DNA of 64,000 nucleotides, taken from positions 1,568,001 to 1,632,000 of the forward strand of contig CAWIAD010000001.1 of NCBI GenBank assembly GCA_963833985.1, given 5' to 3'. The translations under genes and the position numbers were made by a program. Within the stretch, counting starts at the first letter, position 1; each line of letters begins with the position of its first letter. The notes beneath the pieces are model-generated. The model was not told the DNA's origin and searched no databases. It saw only the letters and a program-made list of their open reading frames with translations. Positions 1-8,795 of this stretch are shown in pieces. The DNA comes from an uncultured Planctomycetaceae bacterium (GTDB lineage Bacteria > Planctomycetota > Planctomycetia > Isosphaerales > Isosphaeraceae).

Positions 1-192
1 ACTCAGGCCTATCTCTTCACGGGCCCGGCCGTGACCACGAACGCCCAGGGCTTCTTCTCGATCAAGGCCACGAATTCCAGCGGCCTGAATAACAACGACT
101 TTCTGATTCTGGACCCATTTGGACACCAGATCATCATGGATTTCCCGATCTTCTGGATCCCGTACGCTCGGGGAGGCGCTGTGCCGAAGTAG
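1..192 (+). CDS. 3' end of a hypothetical protein entering from the left edge (partial)
   Basis: Frame 1 is open from base 1 to TAG at 190-192 (TQAYLFTGPAVTTNAQGFFSIKATNSSGLNNNDFLILDPFGHQIIMDFPIFWIPYARGGAVPK*), with GC3-rich codons. It is absent from the ORF track because the upstream start is outside the window. Confidence 0.6.
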   Translation, partial: TQAYLFTGPAVTTNAQGFFSIKATNSSGLNNNDFLILDPFGHQIIMDFPIFWIPYARGGAVPK

Positions 193-267
193 TGCAGCAA
201 GGACCACCGGCACCTTCGGCAAGCCTGGCCAGTTCAGAGTCCCGCGATCGGAACATGGGTGCAGGCA

Positions 268-300
268 CAAAAATACCCCCCTGTTTCCAGGGGGGTATTC
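268..300 (-). terminator. Intrinsic terminator between convergent genes
   Basis: Perfect 12-bp stem AATACCCCCCTG-TTTC-CAGGGGGGTATT (272-299). On the minus strand it ends in a T-run (GGTATTTTTG) about 45 nt after the TPR gene stop. Confidence 0.75.
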
Positions 301-342
301 TGCTTCAACCCCGCGGGTCGCCGTGAACGAACGAGGACTCGA

Positions 343-2067
343 TCAGCCGCGCGACGAACCCGCACGCTGGTCCGCGTACTCGGGAGCGGTGCGCGGCTTC
401 GACCCGTCGCGATTCTTGCCCTGAATGCGGTCGAGCTCCGCCAGAGCGATCGGGTATTCCGCGTTGCTGGAGACGCCATGCTCGGCGACCCAGCGAAGGT
501 CGGTGATTGCGGCCTCGGACTGGCCGGTGAGCGCCTTGTTGAGACCCAGGAATGAATGGATTTGCGTCTGCCTGGAGAGCGTGCTGGCCTGCTCCAGCAA
601 CTGCTTCTCGTTGATCTCGCCGCGCAGGTGACTGACGATCTTGTAGGTCCATTGCTTCGAGTCGCAATGTGCGGCCGCGTCCTTGAGGAACGTGCCTGCC
701 TCGTTCATGCGTCCCGCACGCAGCTCCGCGAAGTAGCCAACCAGCGCGGTATGGACCGAGAGCTCGTCATTCCAGCCGATCTGCGCCAGCAGCTTGTGGG
801 CTTCATCCGCGGCTTCGGGGCGGCCAGAGCTGAGGGAGGCCAGCAGGCGATTGTACCGGGTCCAGGCGGAATCCGGCTGAAGTTTCAGGGCGTGGTCAAA
901 GTCATTGATCGCCCTGTCAAAGTCGCCCTTGGCTGCCAGGGCGATCCCGCGATTGGTGTATGGCCGGGCTCGCTCGGGATCAATCTGCAACGCGTTGTTG
1001 AAGTCCTCGATGGCCTTGTCGAAATCCTTCTTGGCCGCCCAGACGATGCCCCGGTTCGTGTAGGCCCGGACAAATTTCGGCCTGCACCGGAGGGCCTCAT
1101 TGAAGTCGGCCATCGCCTTATCATGGTTATTCTTGCGTTCCCAGGCCCAACCGCGGTCGTTGTAGGTGATCGCATCGCGTGGGTCCAACTCCAGGGCACG
1201 CGTGAAGTCGGCGATCGCCTTGTCGGATTCGTTCTTGGCAAACCAGGTCATGCCCCGGTTCGTGAAGGCGTCTTGCAGGTCCGGGTTGATGCCGATCGCC
1301 TGGTTAAAGTCCTCGATGGCCTTGTCGTAATCGCCCATGCAATAGCGGGTCCAGCCTCGTTTGTTGAAGCTGCCGGCGTTCTCGGGGTCAAACCGGATTG
1401 CCTGGTTGAAGTCGTCGATCGCCTTCTCATATTGTTGCAGATCAATGTAAGCCAGTGCGCGGTTAACATATGACAGTGCATTGCCGGGCTCAAGCTGGAT
1501 GGCTTCGGTGTGGTCGGCGATGGCCCGCTCATACTGGCCCTTCTCGCGGTAGAGGATGCCCCTCCAGTTATGGACCCAGGCGTGGCTCGGATCCAGCCGG
1601 ATGGCATCATTCAGGTCTTTCAGGGCGACATCGGGCTGGTTCTTCGAGAGCCAGACCTTGGCCCGCAGGACGTGAGGAAGTGGGTCTTCCGGATTGGCAT
1701 GGATCTCGCCAGCGAAGAAGGGGATGGCCTCGTCCATTGACACGACGGTGTCGGCCTTGGCCCAGCCGGTCAGGTTGCTCTGCTCGGCGTGCAGCCAGAG
1801 CCACGAGTCCTTGACCTGCTCGACGCTGTAAATCTCGATGGTGCCGCGCCGATCGATCACCTTGGAGCCAACCTGGAGGGCAAAATCTGCGTCGCGCTGG
1901 ATGACCTGTTTGCCGACCCAGGATTCGTCCCCCCGGGCGCTCAACGCGGTGATGCCCAGGACTGCAACAGACCAGCAGAGACCTCCAGCGAGGTACCGGG
2001 GCGACCAGAGGCTCATCCAGGACGTGGCCCAGACCGGGGACGTCCGCTCACCTTTCCTAACCATCAT
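343..2067 (-). CDS. Exported tetratricopeptide repeat protein
   Basis: About ten 34-aa TPR units (e.g. AYTNRGIVWAAKKDFDKAIEDFNNALQIDP) and an N-terminal hydrophobic signal segment. ATG 2067 was chosen for its GGAG RBS; the ORF extends to 2085. Confidence 0.9.
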   Translation of the reverse strand: MMVRKGERTSPVWATSWMSLWSPRYLAGGLCWSVAVLGITALSARGDESWVGKQVIQRDADFALQVGSKVIDRRGTIEIYSVEQVKDSWLWLHAEQSNLTGWAKADTVVSMDEAIPFFAGEIHANPEDPLPHVLRAKVWLSKNQPDVALKDLNDAIRLDPSHAWVHNWRGILYREKGQYERAIADHTEAIQLEPGNALSYVNRALAYIDLQQYEKAIDDFNQAIRFDPENAGSFNKRGWTRYCMGDYDKAIEDFNQAIGINPDLQDAFTNRGMTWFAKNESDKAIADFTRALELDPRDAITYNDRGWAWERKNNHDKAMADFNEALRCRPKFVRAYTNRGIVWAAKKDFDKAIEDFNNALQIDPERARPYTNRGIALAAKGDFDRAINDFDHALKLQPDSAWTRYNRLLASLSSGRPEAADEAHKLLAQIGWNDELSVHTALVGYFAELRAGRMNEAGTFLKDAAAHCDSKQWTYKIVSHLRGEINEKQLLEQASTLSRQTQIHSFLGLNKALTGQSEAAITDLRWVAEHGVSSNAEYPIALAELDRIQGKNRDGSKPRTAPEYADQRAGSSRG

Positions 2068-2543
2068 CAGGCCTGTCTCCAGCACGAGATACGGAACTGG
2101 TTAATCAGTATTCGCAATCGGCAGCCGATTGGCGAACAGATTAAAAAAAATCAATATTTGCGGGCGAACCGATAGCACCGTAAATCGTTACGTGGCAATC
2201 ATTAAAGACAGATCATTAAATCCCGACTCAATCGCTCTATCGGAATTCTTGATGGCGAGTATCAGCAAAACCCCGGTCTCCAAAACGCCTGCGACTCTGC
2301 CGCTGCTCGCTTCCGTCGCGAAAAAGACGACGGTGCAGCACTGCGGCCAGGCATCAAGAATGCCCGCAGAATCCGCCCAATCCGAAAAACCGTTCATCCT
2401 CAGCCCCTCCGCGGCCGATGGTAATGGACAAGGCGGGCTACTACGCCTGCTTTCACGCACTTCTCCCGATCACGCGAAGCCCGAACACTGTTCGAATCGT
2501 TCCGTCTCTTCACGACGGTTGCCGAGGTCGACGAGAATTATCA

Positions 2544-4469
2544 ATGCCTGGACCAACGGGAAAGCCTCGCTGGCTATTCGCTGGATGCCTCTGCATCACA
2601 GGAACCCTTTTCAGCTTGCTGACGAGGGATGCCTGCGCGCAGTCGGCAACAGACACGGGCGCCAAGCCGGCGAGTACAGCGATTGCGACACCGAAACCGG
2701 TACCGGCTGAAGTGACCAGACAACCCGCCGGCGAAGCTTCGGTGGAAGATCGCTTGCGGCGCATGGAGGAAGCCTACCGGCGTATCGAGGACGCGAACCG
2801 CAGGATCCAGGGCCAGTATGACGGGCTCTTGAAGAAGTACGAGGAACTGAACGGCCAGGTGAGATCGACACGGGAGACCCAGGCCGGCAGAGCAGGCTCG
2901 GCTTCAACCCGACCTGCAAGTCGCGTTGGAGCTGTCGAGTATCAAGAGGCACCCAGCCGCGAGGTGCGTGAGGGGATGGGCCAGGGCGCGCAGGGGATGG
3001 GCGGCCGCACGGCGCCGCCCCGTCCCCGAGATACGGGAGTCGGCGGGGAGGGCATCGAGGGCCGAGGCAGCTTTTTCGAGGGCGGCGGCCTGCCCACCAC
3101 GTCCGGCAGGGCAACGACGCCTCCCGGGGTCGTGGCCGGCGGCGCCAGTCGAAGATCCGTCCAGGGTATTGGCGCGCAGGGCACCGAAGGACGCACCTTC
3201 CCTCCCGAGTCCGCGGCACGGGGTGAAGAAAAAATCCAGCGCCGGATCGCCCGGGTTGAGTTTGCCGAGGGACTCGAGCTGACGTCGCCCGATGATGAGT
3301 TCAAGCTCACCTTTCACAACCTGACCCAGGCCGAGTACCGGGCGTTCCCACTCAGCCAGGAGGGTCTGCTCCATTCCCAGTTCTACATTCCTCGCCAGCG
3401 CTGGTATTTCACCGGCCGAGTGACGCGGAACGTTGAGTTCTACACCGTGATCAATCGGGGATACGGCAGCCTGGACATCCTCGATGCCTTCATCAGCTAT
3501 CGCCTGGACGAACGCCTTCGCTTCCGCATCGGCCGCATGAAGACGCCTTATCTTTACGAGTATTACTCGATCGCCGAGGGTGACCTGATCGCACCCGAGC
3601 GCTCGATGTTCGCGGGTAACCTCGCGGGCAATCGCCAGATGGGTGCAATGGCCCTGGGCGAGCTCTTCAAGGGACGCCTCGGCTACGCAATGGGAATCTA
3701 CAACGGCCCGAGGCGATCATTCGCGGACTTCAACGGGGCCAAGGACGCAATCGGCTACGTGAATTCCCGTCCCTTCCTCACATCCCAGCGATTTCCGGCT
3801 CTCAACTACTTGAATCTCGGCGGCTCATTTGATGTCGGCTACCAGAATGATCCCGTCCAGCCGGCGATCCTCACGACGGCCAACGACGAGACCACGGCCT
3901 CGAACAACCCGACCGTCCAGTCACTTTCGCCGACGTTCCTGGCGTTCAACAGCAACGTGGTCGAGCAAGGCCAGCGCAATCAGTGGGCCGGGCATATGGT
4001 CTGGTTCTACAAGAGCTTCATGCTGCTTTCCGAGTACGCCGGAGGCGTCGCCGGATATGCGCGCACCGGCAGCGCGACACAGACGTACATCCCCTACAAC
4101 GGCTACGAGGTCACCGCCTCGTATTTCCTCACCGGGGAGCAGGTCACCCGGCGTGTGAACATGGTCAAGCCACGACGCGATCTCAGCTACAAGCGCGGGA
4201 ATCTTGCACCTGGGGCCATCGAGGTTTACGCCCGGTTTGCCGAACTGGACTTCAGCAGGCAGGTCTTCACGGCCGGGTTCGCGGATCCGAACCTCTGGAG
4301 CAATCACGCCTGGACCACGGACGTCGGACTGAACTGGTATCTCAACTTCTACACGCGCGTCTTCCTGGACTGGCAGCACTCCGAGTTCGGCAACCCGGTG
4401 GTCATTGGCCCCAACAAGTTCGGCCCAACCCGCGACCTGTTCTGGATGCGGTTTCAGGTGTTCTTCTGA
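2544..4469 (+). CDS. OprO/OprP-family (phosphate-selective-like) porin with a long periplasmic N-terminal extension
   Basis: Signal peptide, coiled coil, low-complexity linker, then a barrel with family-like motifs (IGRMKTPYLYE, SYFLTGE, GAIEVYARFAELD, GLNWYLN) and a C-terminal beta-signal RFQVFF. Confidence 0.8.
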   Translation: MPGPTGKPRWLFAGCLCITGTLFSLLTRDACAQSATDTGAKPASTAIATPKPVPAEVTRQPAGEASVEDRLRRMEEAYRRIEDANRRIQGQYDGLLKKYEELNGQVRSTRETQAGRAGSASTRPASRVGAVEYQEAPSREVREGMGQGAQGMGGRTAPPRPRDTGVGGEGIEGRGSFFEGGGLPTTSGRATTPPGVVAGGASRRSVQGIGAQGTEGRTFPPESAARGEEKIQRRIARVEFAEGLELTSPDDEFKLTFHNLTQAEYRAFPLSQEGLLHSQFYIPRQRWYFTGRVTRNVEFYTVINRGYGSLDILDAFISYRLDERLRFRIGRMKTPYLYEYYSIAEGDLIAPERSMFAGNLAGNRQMGAMALGELFKGRLGYAMGIYNGPRRSFADFNGAKDAIGYVNSRPFLTSQRFPALNYLNLGGSFDVGYQNDPVQPAILTTANDETTASNNPTVQSLSPTFLAFNSNVVEQGQRNQWAGHMVWFYKSFMLLSEYAGGVAGYARTGSATQTYIPYNGYEVTASYFLTGEQVTRRVNMVKPRRDLSYKRGNLAPGAIEVYARFAELDFSRQVFTAGFADPNLWSNHAWTTDVGLNWYLNFYTRVFLDWQHSEFGNPVVIGPNKFGPTRDLFWMRFQVFF

Positions 4470-4498
4470 GTCTGGGACAGGCTGGCGGACGGCTCCGC

Positions 4499-6292
4499 TC
4501 ACTGGAACCCCAGCTTGAACGGGTGGCCGCCGACAGGGAGTGGTCCGTGCAGAGGTGTCGTGATCGGCGGAGGCGGCAGGTTCTCCACGGGCGGCTGGAG
4601 CAGGGGGGGAGGCGAGCCAAGGGCCACGAAGAGGCGGAACTGTGCCTGGTCGTAGCGCAGCAGGGCCTCGACCACGTTGATGCGCGCTCCTCCGACCAGG
4701 TTCAGACTGTTGAGCACCTCGATCGGCCGGCCCAGACCGTTGCGGGCGCGCTGGGTATCCTCGCTCAGGCCGGACTCGGCGGAGGCCAGCTCGACGCGGG
4801 CGATCTCGATCTGGTTGCGCGCCGCAAGCGCCTCGGCGCGGGCGGAGGCGACCTCGCGCCGCACCCGGTTGAGCACGCGCATCCGCGCGGCGTCGGCCTC
4901 GCCGACGGTTGCGAAGGTGCGGTTCTGGAGCGAGAGGTTGCCCACTCCCAGGCCCGTGAATGTCCAGAACAAGCGCACGTCGAAGTCGTCGCGGCTACCG
5001 AAGTGGCCGAACGACTGTGGAATCACGTTGCTGCCGCCGCCGAACCCGCCGGCGCTGTAGCCAAGCCAGACCGTCGGCAACCAGGGCCGCGCCAGCTCCT
5101 CGTGGTAGTTGAACTCCGCCCGGGCCACCTCCGCGACCTGGGCGGCCAGGTCGGGCCGGTGCTGGAGGGCGTACATCACCAGCTCCGCGACGGGGGTGTC
5201 CAGCGCGATCAGGTCAATCGGCACGAGTGGACCGCCCATGGGATGGAGGCGAACCGAAGGATCGAGGTTGAGGCGGGCGGCCAGCCGCGCCGCGGTCACC
5301 GCGACGTGCTCCTCGGCCCGCTGAACCGCGGCCCGGCGCAGTTTCCAGTCGGCCTGAGCGCGATTGGCGTCGGCGGTACGCCGTTCCCCGGTCACGGCAT
5401 AGTCGTTGACGACCACAGCCAGGTCATGACCTTGCCGCTCGGTGAGACGCTGCGCTTCCAGAATTCCCAGGTTGCCCAGCAACTCCAGATGCAGCAACGA
5501 CACGTCGAGCAGGACATCGTTCGCGGTCGCCAGTGCCGTGAAGCTGGTGCTGATCACTCGCTGGTGCGCCACCAGCGGCTCGAACCAGGCCTCGGTGAGC
5601 GGACCGATGACATTGATCATCGGAACCTCGACCGTCCCGGCCGTGATGGCGCCGGCACCGCCGCCGAAGTACAACGATTGGCTGGTCAGGTTCAGGATCT
5701 TGCCGGCAGATCGCTGGAGATTGCCCGTGTGCAGGTGGTAGTTCGTGCCGACGTTGAGCGATGGCAGCAAGATGGCGCGGGCCTGGGTCTGATGCGCCAG
5801 TGCCTCGATGATCCGCGCACGGGCCGCGGCGATCGTGGGGTTCTCGACTTCGGCCAGCCGCAGTGCGGTGGATAGATCGATGGGGTACTCGCCCGGTGGA
5901 GGCGGGACCATGACCGGCGAGGGAACCGGGACACGCAAATCGGCTTCGCGCGTCTCGACCTTGGGCTCCACGAATCCACTGCCGGCCTCGGCGGGTTTGG
6001 GCGCGGGGGGGATGACCTCCGGAAGCTTCTCCGCGGAGGGCGCCTGGATCTCGGCCCCAGTGCGAGCGATCGCCGAGTCTCGATCGGATCCCGTACCCGC
6101 CGGCGATTCTCGCCTCACCTGGTTCGTGGAGGCTGCCGGTGGGCGAGGCTGCCCTGAGTGCTTCACGGTCGCGCAGCCGGGGAGCAACACAGCGAGGCCG
6201 AGGCAGAGGCGAACAAGCTGCGCAGTCGCATGGCTTCGCCCGGAGCTTGGTGTAGAAAATGCGCTTGCACGCATCGACGTTCCTCTTTGCAT
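4499..6292 (-). CDS. TolC-family outer membrane efflux protein (probable lipoprotein)
   Basis: Lipobox-like LLPGC and OEP-type repeats (PIDLSTALRLAEVENP, ALQHRPDLAA, YDQAQFRLFVALG). Confidence 0.85.
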   Translation of the reverse strand: MQRGTSMRASAFSTPSSGRSHATAQLVRLCLGLAVLLPGCATVKHSGQPRPPAASTNQVRRESPAGTGSDRDSAIARTGAEIQAPSAEKLPEVIPPAPKPAEAGSGFVEPKVETREADLRVPVPSPVMVPPPPGEYPIDLSTALRLAEVENPTIAAARARIIEALAHQTQARAILLPSLNVGTNYHLHTGNLQRSAGKILNLTSQSLYFGGGAGAITAGTVEVPMINVIGPLTEAWFEPLVAHQRVISTSFTALATANDVLLDVSLLHLELLGNLGILEAQRLTERQGHDLAVVVNDYAVTGERRTADANRAQADWKLRRAAVQRAEEHVAVTAARLAARLNLDPSVRLHPMGGPLVPIDLIALDTPVAELVMYALQHRPDLAAQVAEVARAEFNYHEELARPWLPTVWLGYSAGGFGGGSNVIPQSFGHFGSRDDFDVRLFWTFTGLGVGNLSLQNRTFATVGEADAARMRVLNRVRREVASARAEALAARNQIEIARVELASAESGLSEDTQRARNGLGRPIEVLNSLNLVGGARINVVEALLRYDQAQFRLFVALGSPPPLLQPPVENLPPPPITTPLHGPLPVGGHPFKLGFQ

Positions 6293-6312
6293 GGGCCTTG
6301 TGTTGGGAAAGT

Positions 6313-7949
6313 CTAGCGCGGGACGGCTACGCCGGGTTGAGCTTCGGTGGGCGGGGCCGGCGCCCTGGGATTCGCTGCGGTGACGCCGGAAGGAGAGACG
6401 CCTTGCGTCGGGACGGGCCTTGCCAGGGCGTTCGCCGGCGGCTGTCCCAGTGCCACGTACATCTCGAACTGGGCGCGGTTGTAGTCGACGATGGCATCGA
6501 CGTAGTCGATACGAGCGCCGTTCATGAGCCGGAAGCTGTCCAGCAGCTCGATGGGTAACACGTCACGCGAGCGCGCCGGATGCGCGTCAGGTCCTGGGTG
6601 AACGAAAGCAGGCCTGACTTGACCGCGGATTCGTTGGTCTCGATCTGAGCGTAGCGCGCGTGAGTGCGAGCGTAGGCTTCGGCTACCTCGGCACGCACGC
6701 GGTTGAGTACCGCGAGCTGTTCGAAGCGGTGTACTTGAAGATTGGCGTTGGCGGCACGAATCATGGCTGAGTTGCCAACGCCCAGGTTCTGAAGGGTCCA
6801 GTAAGCGATCACATCGAAGTCTTGACGTCCCCCGAAGGCGCCGAAAAGCGGCCGCACCAGGTTGCTACCACCGCCAAAGCCGCCCGCGGAGTAACCGAGG
6901 AAGAGTGTGGGTGAGAACGGCAGCGCCTTGGCTCCGTCGAGCATCAAGAGCGCCTGGGCGATGGCGGCGCGCTGGGCGGCCAGCTCGGGCCGTCGCAGCA
7001 GGCCCAGAGCCACAAGCTCTGCGATCGAGATCGGATCGGGAACCAGCGGGTGGGGAACGAGGTAGGCGTCCGTGGGATGCAGCCTGATCGACGGATCCAG
7101 GTTCAGCACGGCACAAAGCTCGGCCGAAGAGCGTAACAGCTCCGATTCCACCTGCTTCAGATAGGCCTCGCGGCGTTGCAGCTCGGTGGCGGCTCGATTC
7201 GCGTCAGCGACGCGGCCCTGGCCGGTCTGGGCGTAGTCCGCCGTCAGCTTGGCGACCGCGTCCGCCTCATCACGTGCCTGGAGAGCCACCGCGTGCCTTG
7301 CCTCGGAACGCAGCAGCTCGCTGTACGCGAGCGTCACCTGGAGGAAGACCTGGTTCCTGACCGCGATGTTCTCGAATTCGCGCTGCCGGACGAGCTGGCG
7401 GCTCGTGAGATAGCCGAAGATGCCGATCGCCGTGTTGCCGCCCAGGAAGACGCCAGGGATGTTCACCGTTCCCGCGGCCACCGCGCCGGCTCCCGCCCCG
7501 ACATAGACGGCGCTGCGGTTGACGGAGAGGATATTGCCGTTGGACTGTTGCAGATTGCCGCTGTGGGTATCGTAATTCGTGCCGGGGTTGAGCGAGGGTA
7601 GGAAACGGGCCGCGGCAAGCTGCCGCAAGGCCGCGGCCTCCAGGACTCGTTGCCGCGCCACATTCAGCTCGGGGTTCTGCACTCCAGCCAGGCGCAGCGC
7701 GGTGTCGAGGTCGATCGGCTGAACTTCGGGCTTCAAGATGGTGGGGGGAGAGTACGGCCGGGCAATCGCCATCTCCTCCCTGGTCGCTTCCCTCGCGGGC
7801 CGCTCGTCCCGGTTGGCCCCTCGGGGTAGAGGCTGTGGCAAGCGATCCCCCGGTCTGGCTTCCTGAGCCGAGGCGTGCCAGCATTGTGCCATCGCCAGTA
7901 GGACCAGGGCGATGGCTTGTGCCGGAACCATGTTCCGGGTCTGTCTCAT
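6313..7949 (-). CDS. TolC-family outer membrane efflux protein, frameshift near 6565 (probable sequencing indel)
   Basis: ORF 6522..7970 plus ORF 6313..6561 (LPIELLDS...YNRAQFEMYVALGQPP) together align end to end with the adjacent TolC paralog. GGAGG RBS before ATG 7949. Confidence 0.8.
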
Positions 7950-8281
7950 TCGAGTGCCTCCTTGCATCATGCCGAATTGAGAGCCTCCGGCCCTCCGCGT
8001 GTTGACTCTAGATCGTCATGGTAAAGTGAGGGACTTGACGACGAAGACGAAAGTTGGCGTCGCAGGGCGATTCGTGGGACTTGCAGAGTATCGGTTGTAG
8101 CGGTGATAACGGCCAGGGTAGGCCGAACGGAAGGCTGGCTGGCCCGCATCACGGTCCCCGCCCCGGTGCAGCCGAGGGTGAGTGAGCAGGTGACGCCAAA
8201 TCCTTCGCGGCTCGCCGCTCAGCCAGGGTCGTGTTCGGGCGGCCCGGGACGGCCGACGCGGTGAGTGGATTGCATGTGTCG

Positions 8282-8309
8282 TTGACACGGCCGAAAACAT
8301 GGCTACGAT
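8282..8309 (+). promoter_or_regulatory. Sigma70-type promoter for the small ORF/RND transcript
   Basis: TTGACA (8282-8287), 16-nt spacer, TACGAT (8304-8309). A GTGTC-GTT-GACAC palindrome (8276-8288) overlaps the -35 box. Confidence 0.55.
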
Positions 8310-8345
8310 GAATCGATGGACAGTGGAGGGGGCGTGGCTTGCTGT

Positions 8346-8681
8346 ATGGGCCGATCGCAATACAAATCCCGATTGACTCTGATCATCCTGCTGGGTCTTT
8401 CCCTGGCCTGTTTCCCTGTGCGCGCGTTGTCCCCGGTCGGCTCCTCGTTCGCGTCGGTCTACCGCGGCATCCATCCGCCCCCTGCGAAACCGCAGCGCCT
8501 GCGCATCTTTCACGCCTGTAGCGCCCGCGCACTCTCGCCTTCTCGAACCTGCACAGCACGGATTGGGCCGGTCTCATCCGCTCCAAGCTCGCAAACGCGC
8601 ACCGGTACCGCGACAATGCGGGCCGGGCTCCGATCCAGCCTCTCCCCGGCATTCACCTCGGTCCACCCGCTTCGCTGTTAG
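8346..8681 (+). CDS. Small signal-peptide-bearing ORF (candidate leader peptide) upstream of the RND permease
   Basis: Follows the promoter and a GGAGGG RBS. MGRSQYKSRLTLIILLGLSLACFPVRA has n/h/c signal-peptide structure. Ends HPLRC*. Confidence 0.5.
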   Translation: MGRSQYKSRLTLIILLGLSLACFPVRALSPVGSSFASVYRGIHPPPAKPQRLRIFHACSARALSPSRTCTARIGPVSSAPSSQTRTGTATMRAGLRSSLSPAFTSVHPLRC

Positions 8682-8795
8682 CGGCTCGAACAGAGCAGGC
8701 TGCAAGTCCGCTGCTTGCTCGTTCGCCCACCGGCCACAACAAGACTGAACGACAGCGCGGGTCTGCCACTCTCGACATTTCTCAGGGGAAACTTG

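Noticed and set aside
850..1700. Periodic ~102-nt nucleotide similarity that could suggest a repeat array or CRISPR
   Set aside because: Explained by 34-aa TPR coding repeats; no identical repeats with unique spacers.
2198..2220. Direct repeat ATCATTAAA x2 in the TPR/porin divergent promoter region (possible Pho-box-like site)
   Set aside because: The period is 14 nt rather than 11 and there is no second instance in the window.
3983..5875. 630-aa plus-strand ORF and similar long overlapping ORFs (13244..14425, 29145..30785, 34103..35500, 41747..43405, 45273..46655)
   Set aside because: Shadow frames of real genes in high-GC DNA; Arg/Gly/Pro-rich with no family motifs.
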